Positions 1-14,291 are shown, counted from the first letter of the stretch. The stretch is DNA of 64,000 nt from Polymyxa betae A26-41 (GCA_003693705.1 RBZT01000424.1:1-64000); one strand, 5' to 3'. Notes: generated by a model not told the origin, from the sequence alone. Made by a program: numbers and translations.

Positions 1-956
1 ACTGATCACTACTGGCCGCTGCATTCATCTGAATACGCCGAGTATTCGATAGCATGAAGCTCTGTATGGTGAAATGACTGATTACTCGTCCACGAAAAAC
101 ATGACGCCAATCGTTGCTCGTGAATGTATTTACTGGAACTTCTCTCAGTATTCTTGTGAACATATTCTTACTTGATTCTGTCTTCAAGCTATAATAGGGC
201 AGTCGTACTGATTGATTGCCGAGTTCGTAAGATTTCCACAACATTGTTATAACAAGCTGAGGTTGATCACTCAAAGAGGCAGCTCCTGCATTGTCGGAAC
301 AGTTTCTCTACCGTTCTCTCAAAAGAAATCTGCAATGGATCGAGCATCATCCGGGAAAGGTTCGCGTCGATCAGAAACTAGATAGCTGCATAGATAATGT
401 TATTGACGTGAAAAGCGACGATGGGATTAAAATAGTAACTCGATGTAGTGAGTAATTTAATCTACCATGCATGTAGGAATAATTCTAAGATGTTGGCAAT
501 TGGGGATTTCTCAAAGCAATGATGATCAGGGAGCAGACTAATGAGACATTCACCTGATTGCTACTGAGGGACCCGCTTCAGCTCGTGATCTTGCATTATC
601 TCGGTCCTGCTGGGACCCGAATCTGTTCCAGCGTCTGTTCGACGATACCAGATCTGATCCTTTTATCTGGGCTACTCGGACGCCTGCCTCAGGAGGGCGC
701 GAATTTTGTCGAAAAGAAGAGAAATGCTCTAAGGACGATTTATACATAAAATGCCGCTTAAATATCAATCCTGTATTCAGATTTATGAATGAAGAGTACC
801 TACCGTATGTGAAAGATTATTACTCCGTATGAGAATATCGCATCAGCATTTACTATCAGAAGTGCATAAAAGTCACTTATTAAGAATAAGTTTCAAAAAC
901 GGTAACGTTTTCTCTAACAAGGTTTCGTCGGATGCATATTGATTAGTTTATTCATA

Positions 957-1656
957 TCAGAGGCTGGGACCTGTTGCTGTCATCAGACAAGCTGCCAAAG
1001 GCGATCGTGCACAATTTTCCATGGCCCATTGTCGGATCTCGTCGCTGACCGGGCGAATTTTTTCACCCTGAACAATGCTCGCAAATCGAACCAATACTCG
1101 GCCATTTCGGCTTACCTTGTAAGTATAGATGTTGCCATCTGCTGGATCATAATAACCATCCCCAAGATCATACGCACCTGCTGGGATCACGTTCATGTCA
1201 CCGTTGCATAAACGTACTGGATCTGCTCGTTTCGAATCAAGACTAGCACCAGCATCGATTCATGAACCAACCAGAAAGCGGATCGCTGCTGGTGATCTCG
1301 CTTTGGAATCTCTGATCCATCGCCGAGCAGTAATCCCAATCTTCTGAATCCGTGAACTTCAATCCGTCATTGAACTCGAACGAGGCCTGGTGTTGGAAGT
1401 CAGATTCATGAACACCGTTTGGAAAAAGGTTCACATCGGTTGGACGACCGTCATTCCATAATGCTGTCACGAATCCAGTTGGAAACACGATCTTGCCTTT
1501 GCCATGAAATCTACCGTTCTTGAGTTCGCCCTGGTATCGAACGTCGGGGCCGAATTGGATATCGCCATCGCCATTTTGACGCTGGTCTCTGCTTAACACT
1601 GACATAATTCTATCAAAATCATCGTCGCTTAAAGATTTATTCGTGGTGCTCATCAT
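957..1656 (-). CDS. MORN5: MORN repeat-containing protein 5-like (2 exons)
   Basis: ORFs 1243-1674 and 957-1196 join via a short GT-AG intron. Motifs YQGELKNGRFHGKGKIVFP, FNDGLKF...WDYC...DQRFQSEI and IPAGAYDLGDGYYDP match the MORN5 pattern. Confidence 0.8.
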
Positions 1657-1692
1657 CAAGCGAACGGTACTCAACGATCGGCGACGTTTTTA

Positions 1693-3707
1693 TTAGACTG
1701 ATTTGTGGCCGCACCATAAGATGGATCGTGATGGTGTGTTGGAGTCAGGCTGAGAGATTTTATGCTCTCGGTTTCTGTCCTCAGCTGTCGGCAACTCATA
1801 CTCGTTGATCTTCTCCTGGCGACATCCTTTTAAAGCGCAGTACCCAATGGCACCCAGGACTCCCACCATCAATACCACGCCTATTATCCAGTTGCCGAGA
1901 TTCTTCGATGTTGGGACTTCCTGTTTGGGACTTGGACGGACCTGATGTGGTGGCGATGGCGTTTTCTCAAATACCGTTGGTTTGTCGTTGACAGTTGCTT
2001 TATCGCTGTCAGCAGGTTTGATCGGGGCTGTTGATGGAGGCTGGGTGATGATAGGTTTTGCAGTAATCAGTATGTCAGATATAGGTGGTGCTGGTGCTGT
2101 AGCCGGGGCCTGTATCGATGGTTGTTGGTTATCAGGTTTTGTAGGTGTCAATACATGAGCTGGAGGTGTTTCATCACTTGCTGGCAAATTCACAGCTGCA
2201 GGTAGCTTTGGCAGCGGCATCGCCATCAATCCGGATCGCATTCCAGTTGAGTTCGATGGTGGTCTGGATGTCTGACGGAAAGCAGGGCTGCGTTGATCGT
2301 CATCATCGTCATCAGTTTCGTCATCGTCATCGTCGTGAATAGGAAGGACCTGGTTGCTGTTCATAACCGCCATCGTTGTCGCATTGGTTTCACTCGCTGT
2401 CTCTGTGATTGTGTGATTAGCATGGCCGTTACCAGCCGGTGCTGTTGGCAACTCCGGTGGCTGTGGAGTCGCTGGCAGAGAAAGCGTTGGCGGCTCTGGT
2501 GATGCTGGCAGAGAAGGTGTTGGCGGCTGTNNNNNNNNNNNNNNNNNNNNNNNNNNNNNNNNNNNNNNNNNNNNNNNNNNNNNNNNNNNNNNNNNNNNNN
2601 NNNNNNNNNNNNNNNNNNNNNNNNNNNNNNNNNNNNNNNNNNNNNNNNNNNNNNNNNNNNNNNNNNNNNNNNNNNAGAGAAGGTGTTGGCGGCTGTGGTG
2701 ATGCTGGTGGCTGGGTTGGCGCTGGCGACGTCTGTGGTGGCTGTGCAGTTGGAGGCGACGTTCGAGGCTCTCGGATGGGAATTGGCGGCATCTGCGTTGG
2801 AGACGTCGGCGGCAATTCGGGCGTTGCCATTGGAGCCGTTTCAGACTCTTCTGGACTTTCCGGCGACAGCGGTGGCTCAGTCAGCACAATTCGTGTTGGC
2901 TCGGGAGGTGGTGATCTTGGAGTTCGAGCTGTTGAGACTGGGACCGGGATCGGGAGTGGCGGGGATACGTCAAACTGCAGGTTGGAGGCGTTGCGGAAAG
3001 AGAGATGCAGCTGATCGGCCTAGACATAATGGTCATCAATATGTGACTTAACCCAGATGAGATGGAACGTACCTGAGGAGGAACTGAAGCCGGTGACGGC
3101 AGTATGGGGGGAGATGGTGCCTCAGGCTGGCGCTGGATGGCCTGAGGCGGCGCACTGATTGGCGTTGGTGATAGAACAGGTGGACGTGTTGGAGGTGATG
3201 GAGTGATTATTATGGGTCCAACAATAATAGGAGGTGTCGGAGCTGGAGTTACTGGGATCATTATAGGAGATGTTGGCATAGGACGTATGGCGATTGGTGT
3301 TGGCGATGGGGCTGGCGATACAGGGCTGGGCGACGGCGGCGACGTCGGTCCCGATGGCAACAGGCTTGGCGCCGGGTAGACGGTGATGGTCGGTGGCGGT
3401 GACGAAGGCAACGGCGATGGTGACGGCGCCAATGTGTTGACCGCCGGCATAATCGAGCCATTAGGCCCTGGCAACGGCTGGAAACAGATCGGCTTGCCTC
3501 TGCAGAGATCAACACGAATCGTACTACATAGGATGGTATGGCTTACTGAAGATTGGGGTTCTGATCTATTAGAAATCGGGGAATGATGGCCAGGTACTGT
3601 CCATCGCAACTGGGGACACGTACAGTATTGGGGGCCGATGTCGGCGGCGTCTGTCCTAAGACGACGGCGACGACAACGAGCAGCAATGGTGCGGCTCGAA
3701 TTAGCAT
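1693..3707 (-). CDS. Pro/Ser/Thr-rich mucin/extensin-like type I membrane protein (at least 3 exons, interrupted by N gap)
   Basis: ATG at 3707 gives signal-like MLIRAAPLLLVVAVVLG. Two GT-AG introns link it in frame to the Pro-rich ORFs 2881-3609 and 2429-2887. It has a poly-Asp tract, a C-terminal TM helix WIIGVVLMVGVLGAIGYCAL and a short tail. Confidence 0.75.
2455..2715 (-). repeat. 33-bp coding tandem repeat (PASPQPPTPSL unit) flanking a 145-N assembly gap (2531-2675)
   Basis: The unit ccagcatcacca(c/g)agccgccaac...ttctct occurs on both sides of the gap. Confidence 0.75.
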
Positions 3708-4185
3708 TACGGAAAGTAATCTAGGCGATTATCGGGCAAGATTCTGGTTCCGGAAAGATTGTTACCAAACGGACCGGAGCGCTCTGCTCCATATTTTCGG
3801 TATCGCAACGCATTGCCTCATTCTTGCGTTTGGCGTCCGATCGTAGCGTTTTCAAGTAGAAAAATGGCAACAATCACCTGACTGACGAAATATCTGCAAA
3901 CAATGGCGTCTCAACTATGGTTGGTTTATTAAGACATGACCGATTTGTATACAACTTGGCATTATCGTTATGTAATAGCCATATCCTGTTTGTTAGCATA
4001 ATTTCAACACAAAGACAATATCATCCGACGATACCTTATTGGAGAAAGCTTTACCGCTTCTTTAAATTATCTTCTCAAAGTTTTCCAAAGTTTGAACCTT
4101 GAGTCACCATCCTACAGCTACCATTTACATCTGAAACGGAATCTAGCGTGAAGCTTCCATTCTAATCTTCGAAAACCAACTGATA

Positions 4186-4359
4186 ATGCAGTACAAGATA
4201 TGGCAACTTCTAGCCGTGCTCTTGTTAGTCATGGTCGGATATGGCTCTGCTGGACATCATAGTCATAGTTCACATCATGGTCATATCGATTCAGATAACC
4301 ACTATGGTCACCATGGGCACCATGGGCATCATGGCCACCACGGGCACCATGGGCATTGA
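4186..4359 (+). CDS. Small secreted His/Gly-rich peptide (57 aa)
   Basis: MQYKIWQLLAVLLLVMVGYGSA-GHHSHSSHHGHIDSDNHY-(GHH)5-GH*: a signal peptide plus GHH repeats. It is shorter than any ORF in the supplied track. Confidence 0.75.
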   Translation: MQYKIWQLLAVLLLVMVGYGSAGHHSHSSHHGHIDSDNHYGHHGHHGHHGHHGHHGH

Positions 4360-4578
4360 GTTAACGTTGTTCTTACAATCGATGTTGATCAAATCTCATG
4401 CTCAGTGTTTACACAGTCATACGTTTTTCAAATGATCATCATTGGCACCATCATCATACAAGTTCACAACTGACAACTTTTGAGCGCAGCCCATATACAC
4501 TGTAAAGATCTGCAACAAGAAGCTTATTTCATCTGTGCGAGATAAAAAGTAAATCTGTTGGTCAAAAGCGGTTAGATT

Positions 4579-4821
4579 TTAGTGCTCATGAGTAAGTTTC
4601 GTGCTGCGAGGCGACATATGAACGAGCTTGGCTGGAGGGCGTTCATGGCTCTGGCGATTAACTGCAGGATCATGGGATTTCTTTCCGCTCAAATGATCGT
4701 TGTCCTCATAGTGGGAGACCTTAGGTGGTAGCTCGCAGCCTTGAACTGGGTCATGGTGATATGGGTGGTGTCGATGAGCTGGGTGACGAGCGCCTCCTGC
4801 CATTCTAGCTTTGCCTGCCAT
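4579..4821 (-). CDS. His-rich hypothetical protein (80 aa)
   Basis: Intact ATG-to-stop ORF, His-enriched (HPAHRHHPYHHD), with no recognisable domain or signal peptide. Confidence 0.3.
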   Translation of the reverse strand: MAGKARMAGGARHPAHRHHPYHHDPVQGCELPPKVSHYEDNDHLSGKKSHDPAVNRQSHERPPAKLVHMSPRSTKLTHEH

Positions 4822-4923
4822 TGTAACAGATTTGGAATGAGCAACGAACTGGGTTATTGACGCGTGCCACCAAAGCCGAAGTCAAGATGAATATATATAT
4901 GTGTTGTATGGATTAGAGAACAA

Positions 4924-5259
4924 TCAGCCCCAAGCATTCGCCAGACAGTAATAAATTTGCAGCTCGTTATTGACGGCGTGACAATCGAACAAGTCGCCAA
5001 TGAGCAGGTCAGGTGCCGGGCAGAATACAGCCGAACAGTAAAGGAAGAGACTATCTTGCGGTTGACATCGTAGTTGAGATCGAACGAATTGAAGAACCGA
5101 GGAGAAGGGCGATTGACGTGAGACCCGAATCTTGGACGATTTCAGGATGGGCGTGTTCGGTCCCGAACGTAAATGAATGACGACTATTTGAGTATTGATT
5201 GATAACTAAGTGACAATGATGATGGCCGGTTTACCTTTATCAATGCTACTACTGTCCAT
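4924..5259 (-). CDS. ATG12: Ubiquitin-like autophagy protein ATG12 (2 exons; intron 5184-5234)
   Basis: Spliced translation MDSSSIDKVVIHLRSGPNTPILKSSKIRV...DSLFLYCSAVFCPAPDLLIGDLFDCHAVNNELQIYYCLANAWG* ends in the ATG12 C-terminal AWG motif. It is absent from the ORF track. Confidence 0.92.
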
Positions 5260-5445
5260 GTGAGGCCGATATCATATTGGAAATGGCCGATTAAAGGCCG
5301 CTCTCCCTCAGTACCGTAACAGGTTCTGTAATCTAATCAACGACCGAATATCTCAACAGTGGGCAGTTCCGCAGGATTGGATTTATATTTTGAAACATGT
5401 TACGAAACATAGACGACAGAATCTAACAGAAAAACAAATGGTATA

Positions 5446-6700
5446 TTAGCTCGTCTCAAGCCATTCACCAAATTCTTCTATGCGTTTCTTTTGCTCGTCT
5501 TCAGTTTCGTCGACTTTGTAATTTGTCACACCATCAAAGAATTCGCAAACGATTCGCTTGGCTCCAAACCAGCGGCCATTTAGGGATTCAATACACCGTT
5601 CGGCTCCAGCAGCATCTCTAAACTTGACGCAAACCGCACCGATCGGGCTCCCCTATACAGATTCAGCAATTAAGGCTTAACGCATAAAGAGATGACCAAA
5701 GCGAACCCGGAATACGGTAAGCTTGTCAATAGGACCACCAATTTTTTGGCATTCCAATCCGATTTCTTCTTCGAGCTGTTCATAGAAGTTATCTTCTCCA
5801 ACAGCCTCATCCGGATGGAACATATTCTTCAAAACGATAATACGAAGACCAGCAGATCTATTCGGATCCTCATCCCAACCAACCAATGCTTGGACTTTGG
5901 CTTGTTTGACACGCCTCATTACGGCTGCTTGTGCAGGCGGCAGCTTGGGTTTTTTCATGTCAGGATCAATGGACTTGAACTTGGCCTGCAGAGGTCTAAG
6001 CGTAGATCGGAAAAGTCGAGAGTTGCAACCTTCTCAACATGAACTTTTAAATCTGGACGAATCATGGAATCGTGTAAGACATCAATAGCTGTCTGAGCTG
6101 ACAGCGGCTATAGCACCTGTCAATAATACGGAAAACACAGAGACAACGGATAACCTGGAAATAATGAACAATGGCATCGCCCTTTGGAGCCCCGGTATCG
6201 TCAGTATAAACTTTAACCATTGGCTCCTTCGTCTCAATATCTTCCTTAATGATGCCAACAGTCTTGAAATGAGCATAAACTTCGTCTTTCGATAAATCAG
6301 CAAACTGTCCAGTCTGAGGGTCACGCTCCCAGGTAATATAAACCGAAGAATTAGGTGGTTTCTTCTTGGCACGCTTGCGTTTCTGTCGATCACAAAAACA
6401 CAGAGTTGGTTATGAACCCTTCACAAGCTAATTCGAATCCAGATTCCAAAAATGAAACCAGAAGAATCAGCATAAAGCGATAATATTGTAAACCTTGGCT
6501 GCTTTTCGTTCCTTAACGGTCGATAATGGCTCCCAATCCTTCGACGACGGGCCGAAAACAAGCGTCTCATCCGGCATGGACTCCAACACCTCCCAGGACA
6601 CCGGCTCGCCTTCTTTATCATCACTTTTGAACTTCCATATGGGTTCAGCCTGCGGATTGGCCGCCAGGGGCGCAACGGCGGATTCGGTCTCAGTTTTCAT
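5446..6700 (-). CDS. HTATSF1: Tat-SF1/CUS2 U2 snRNP-associated RRM+UHM protein (multi-exon)
   Basis: RIIVLKNMFHP...LEEEIGLECQKIG, LNGRWFGAKRIVCEFFDGVTNY and EEFGEWLE motifs, with an upstream RRM (GIIKED...PMVKVYTD). Confidence 0.85.
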
Positions 6701-6951
6701 TACGAGATGGGACTACGGGATCGAGTATGGGAGCGCTACCTACCTGGTGTCCAAGCTCCACTACGGATTTTTTCCAATTTTTCTTCAATTTGTCTTGAAA
6801 GATTTTATTTTTTTTTTGTTTGTAGGTATGTATGCATACCAAAGTGAACTGCATTGTGAAGTGCATTTGCTCTCCAGTCTTGATCAATATTGAATACAGA
6901 GAGAATTGCAACATAAAACGGTCTCAAAAAACACAGTAATTCCTCAGAAAA

Positions 6952-8034
6952 TTAGCTTGAAGCGTTTATTCCTAAACTTGCCAGCTGAAAAAGGAGCCGG
7001 GCAATTTTCAAACCCCCGCTGGCTGATGGCTCTACCCTGTCTATGTAATCGCTGGCGGTCTTGCCATCAAGCGCTTCGAATAGAGGGACCGGAATGATAT
7101 GACTGCCTTCGATCTTGATCTGACTGACAGCAATCTTGAACAACGCTCGAATAGCGCTTTGTAGCTTCACTGGCTTGGTATTATAGCTCAGATATGATAG
7201 AACAGGATCCACCCACCCTCCCTGTTGCTCTTCGGCCGGAAAGTAAATCATGCCTGAACATCTCGATCAGTTACATACATACATCACTCGCTATAACGAT
7301 ATGTCTAACAAACGAGAATCTCCCTCGGTCGTGTTTTAGAGGTTAGTCTTTCTATGTAATTCTGGAGGTCATCTTTAAACATACGAACGAAATGCTTCAT
7401 CCCCCAGCAATGTTCAGGCTCATTAAGTAGGTCTTCAGCTGAATTGAAATGTATTAGTAAGCTCATGTTATATTTTGTAGCAAGCGTTGAACTTAGAGCT
7501 ACCTAGAATACACAAATGAACAAAAAATTGCTAACTAGAGTTCTGATAGCAAACGCTTACATCATTTCCTCCAACCGATACAACAAGAATATCTTCACGA
7601 CGGAGATTATCTTGAATAAATCGGTCTTGTTGGTTTAGTTGTTTCCGTCTTGATCGCAAAGTTGATTCTTCAACTGCTGCATTTATAGTCACTATTCGAT
7701 GCTGTTCTCCTAAAACATTCAAATGGTAGCTAATATCAGCTACCATAACCGGAGGAGTTAAAATCTCTTTATATGGTCCAAAGGCCGGCTTTCGACGGCC
7801 GTCCCCGCGAATCCAAAATTTGTTATCCAACGACGAGTCACCAGCTAGGAAGATGACTGACGATGCTTGAGGTCCAATCGACTGATAAACCAGTTCGAGA
7901 TCAGCGACGTCGTGACCATGATAGGACTCAACTAAGTGATAAAAGCGTGATGAATCTAGTGATAGATTCATCGACAGACTGATATGACACCCGAGCAGAA
8001 TAACGGCAATATAAAAAAGCACCGTTGCATTCAT
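6952..8034 (-). CDS. Secreted SGNH/GDSL hydrolase-like protein (multi-exon)
   Basis: Signal-like N-terminus, block I FLAGDSSLDN, block III VSVGGND and a C-terminal DYIDRVEPSASGGLKIA. Confidence 0.75.
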
Positions 8035-8175
8035 CGGTTGATTTCATAAACTCAGGTCTGCACAGAGATCAAAAGAGTTGCATATGAGACTGTAGATTTT
8101 GAGTGTCAAGAACTGAACATGCGCCAAAAGCTAACTTTACGGAAAAGACATGAAATGGCAAAACGAGATCAAATT

Positions 8176-10129
8176 TTATTCTACATCGTTGTTCTGAGCT
8201 AGTTCTTTCAGCCTTCTTTCAACGTCCGCAGCCTGCAGAAACAATTAGACCTTTAGTAGGAAAAGTTTGAAAAACTGACCTTGTCTTTTGGATTCACAAT
8301 CAAACTGATTCCAGTTATAAATGAAATACAAAAAATGGCCCAGATGAATATGCTATTCGCCCATATGACTCGGAAGAACCTCAAATAGAAAACCTGGGTC
8401 CCGAATATCGACCTGACATCTGTATTTCGAGCGTATATTTTGAAGCTCAGCACACAGAACTACATCGGATTAAGCCTGATATTGCTGGTAAAGATGAAAA
8501 ACCGACCTGAACAACCGGGATCGTACAGATTAATATAATCCAAGTATTGAAAATGAATGCATTCATCATCGTATTGCCAAGCTCCATTGGGTAGATTTTC
8601 ATCAGCCAAGGAACTCGTAGCCCAACCCTAAATGTGCCTTTGATAGCACAGAGAACCAAATAGAACGAGTACACGCCGAACGCCACCACACCGAACAAAG
8701 AGAAGCCTGGTATCCCTGTATCCAACTCCACGAACATAGTATTGAGGAACGGGTCACCATCTTTTGGCAGAACGTAGTAGCAGATATGGATAAACCACGT
8801 CACCGTTAATATAATTCTGAATACGAGATTGAGTCTTCATGGGAATCAACTGGCAAACAACAACAACAACAACAGGAAGAAATATGAGAGGAGAATTGCA
8901 GATAAAACCAAATGTAAACACTTGTCATAGTAACGTTTCCCGCTCCGAAGTCAGAAAAAAAACAGAAGTGATACCCTATGAGCCCAAAGAGAAGCATAGA
9001 GAAGTACCAGACAGGATTCCCTCCTTTCTGATAATATGACTCCTCTAGAAGGCGTTTCTCCTTCTTGAGGGCGTGAAGTTCGGCTTCGAGTCGATTCTGT
9101 GTTGCCCTGTCGTTACGACGATTCTTTCGGGTGTTGGCTCGATCGAGGTCAGCTTTGCCTTTCTGCAACTCTAGGGCCATTGCCAGCAAGCCACCGGCTT
9201 TCTTCCCGATGGCGATCTTCTGCTTGGCGAATTCGATGGCAGTCATCGGGATGGGTCGCGTTCGAAACTCATTAATCATATCGAAAGGCAGCGAGATGAA
9301 GCCGATTCCACAGAATACTGTAAAGAAAAACCATCCTAAAAACGCCAGCATGGCAGAACAAAACACCAAGAAGGAAACTTGCATAGACCACTGCACATTG
9401 GTCGAATTGCAAACGTCCTAAACGATCGTGAAAAGCATGCTTCTAAATGGGTTTAGACCTACAGTAGACTTTGCGGATAAACTGCCTTTCAGAGGGCATT
9501 TGAGGCTGTTGAAATTTGATCGGGAGGTATCGCTGATGGGCCACGATGATGAAAGCTGACTAACATCGCGATCGATGAGCGTCAGTGGAATCTCGGCGGT
9601 GTCGAAGAAGAGCTTCATGAGGGCGAAGACCATCGCCAAGATGATACAACCGATCAATGTGTATTGCAAGGCAGTGCCTGCTTGTCCTCCCCAAGCTCCA
9701 ACAACTCCACCGTTTCGCTCACTAAAACTGTCTCAGCATTAGGTATTATGGAGCGAGTATTCCATACGGATTGTTATCCGATTCGTAGAAGAAGAACGCG
9801 TAAGGCAGGACGATGGTGACGACGGCGATAATGCAGACGAAAATCCCCTGCCAGAGGATATCCATGCGAAGCCCACCACCGCTGCCAGCTCCATTTGCCA
9901 CATCCAACGGCAGCGCTAAAATTGTCCCGAACGACAGAAACAGGCCAGAGACGACAACACCTCTTGGAAACCATGCCATATTCGCGTCGTCAGGATGCCC
10001 AAATTTGATGAGAATTAAAACACATCCGGCAAGTATGATGAACGATAAGACGACGACGGTGACAATCAGGAACCAGCTCACGCTAGACGAAGCCAAATCC
10101 AAGTTGGACGGTGACGTCGTCGTCACCAT
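8176..10129 (-). CDS. LMBR1/LIMR family membrane protein (multi-exon)
   Basis: HPDDANMAWFPR, ILALPLDVAN, LPYAFFFYES, GFISLPFDMINEFRTRP and YPMELGNTMMNAFIFN motifs, with multiple TM segments. Confidence 0.88.
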
Positions 10130-10675
10130 TGTGCCAGATTGATGATGGTTTTGTCAGCCCGTATGATGCTGTGATAGTTTGACACTGACAGCATGGAATC
10201 CCAATGGTACAGGTCATGAGACCGTCTGGTTCAGTGACAGAAAACGCCAAAGTTTCAGCTTCCACGACAATGCACCAATCGCTCGATGCCAACAGTGTTG
10301 TCAACGCGTTTCGCTCCTGAACCGTGATAAATTGAGAAAGATTAGAATTAGGCTGGGAGTTCGTTGTACAGCATCTTCATACCTTGATTATATTGTGACG
10401 ATTCTAAGGCATCAAAAGCACTAGGGTCCCGATTTCCGATCGTGCCAGGCCGGAGCAATACCCACGATTTATAGTCCCACAGAGCGTTTCATAATGCATC
10501 TTTTGACTGGAACTTTTTCTATAAAATCATTTAGAAATAACTCTTTATCATGAATATTTAGTGTCACATTTAAAATTGTTGATTTATAAAATGGTGATTC
10601 TCTTCGTATGATAGGCGAACTTGATTTCAAGATGGAAAATTGAGTTTCAATTACAGCTGCTACAGTAATGTGACT

Positions 10676-11514
10676 TTATTGTTGTATTAACTCAAATGAC
10701 GTTCGGTTTTGTTGAGTTTTGACGGCATACAATCCAGCTTGTTCGACTTCATTTGTGTTCATTGCCCAAGTTAAAAGCTGTGATGATACATGCTCGACTG
10801 AAGTCCATGTTGAATAATCAGCCGAGGGCATAGCCTGTCGATTTGCTGCTGTATCCAAGGTTTCAGGCATAATACAAGCGACTTTGAAATTGTAGTCGCT
10901 CTCACCCAGCGATTTTGTCTAACCAATATGAATACTGCTTTGAAAAAAAGAACAATTATTGCATTTACCAAGAAATGTACTGCATTCTTTGAGATGCCAT
11001 AAGCTAAGGAATTAGATGTGGCAGAGAGGCACGAACTGGAGCCTGTTAGCATAAGTAACCCATTTGGCCGAAGTTTTTTGTCTGCAATATGCCCTGCTAG
11101 TATCGATGTCATCGTATTGACAGTGAACATATTTATAGTGTCAACGAATATCTTGGGTTCCGAGAGGCTTCCTCCAACCCTAAATGATCACCATAAGGAA
11201 GGACTTCGCTATCTTGATAGAAGATACCATGAGCCTGCAACTGAAAAGATAGCATCAACAGGTGGCAAAGAACTTAAAATCGATTCCGATACGACACTGA
11301 GACTTAAGTTGGTCTCTATAACGATGCTTTGATTGGCGGCCTGGCTAGGTTTGCGATCGACACAGATACATTTCCAATCAGCTGCCTGAAAGACTCGAAC
11401 TATCGAGCTGCCAAGGGCACCACATCCGCCGATCTAACCTGGGATAAACGATATGGCTAAGTATATACAAAAACTGCTTACTACTAAGGCGCGTTTCGCC
11501 AAAGTTGAAGTCAT
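10676..11514 (-). CDS. QDPR: Dihydropteridine reductase (SDR family, multi-exon)
   Basis: GGCGALGS Rossmann motif, YGISKNAVH (YxxxK) and PETLDTAANRQAMPSADYSTWT. Confidence 0.88.
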
Positions 11515-11948
11515 GACAATAGAAAGGACCAATATCGTATATCAATTTATCCTTACTCTCGAAATTGCCGGCCTTTCGCTGTAGATACCGCTAATGGGAG
11601 TAAGGAAAAATTGATAAATACGATATTAATCCTTTCTATGGGGTATGGATTCTGATGATATACGATTTTGAAGAATCCGCGCTTCATAATTTAATTACAA
11701 AGAATTATTGCTAAACTTTTTTAGCAATTTAAATTACTGGATTTTTAGTGGCGGATCTCAGTCCATTTTGTCTTCCGCATTGATTCTTTCTGAAAATGTC
11801 AACCGCAATATAGATATGAAGGTGAGCAAGCTAGTCCAACATAACCAATTTATGACGGAAAAAGATGAATGTGTGAACGTATATGAGTACGAAAATGGAA
11901 AAGTACTGAAGCACAGCATGAAAATGGAATTGCTGTATTGCATTGAAA

Positions 11949-13720
<1,772 letters not shown>

Positions 13721-14291
13721 AACGATCTGCTGTCAGCAACAGAGCAAAGTCAAATAACTCAGTTAGATAAGACGAGGCAAAACAATAAGGAGCAACCCGA
13801 TCCAGCCACTCGCACTTAACGCACTGAAGTTCCGAAATTTTATTGTACGCATTTTTGGTTTCTGTGCCGCTAAAAACCGAAATTCTTTCTTTGCCGATCA
13901 GCTTGAGGCCAGTGCTCGAGCGTTTGAACTTTGGATGTTGCGCTTAAAAAAGTGGCGTAGCGCTCTGAAATTGGACCCAGAAAGCTTTGGAATCCGGCCC
14001 AAGATTGCTCTAAAGCTGTTCGTTCGGACAATTGTTGCGTCGGTCTGATAAGCATGGGTGCTCATCAATTCAATTTTGAACCCTATCAGCAAGAATGCGC
14101 TTCGCCCGATCGCCCGATACTTGCTAAAAGACAGAAGACGTTTCGTATCCCAACTGCCCCTAAAACAGTTACTCTCAAGCAGAGTTGTGTGATAACGGGA
14201 AGGCGCTGATTTTATCACTTGCAATACAACAGATTTGAAATACAGTCTTATTTGCATAAAGGCGTTATGATCTTACAGTTATGGGCCTAAT

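Noticed and set aside
1-830. Possible 3' exons of a + strand gene entering the window
   Set aside because: Splice-like signals exist, but I could not build a consistent frame or recognise a product.
1690-1695. Stop-codon readthrough fusing the surface protein to MORN5 (same frame)
   Set aside because: Tandem TAA TAA stops make readthrough implausible.
2439-3051. + strand Gly/Val/Ala-rich ORFs
   Set aside because: Antisense shadows of the Pro-rich minus-strand gene.
13870-14257. Minus-strand ORFs upstream of PSMC1
   Set aside because: No recognisable domain or exon chain; probably promoter/intergenic sequence.
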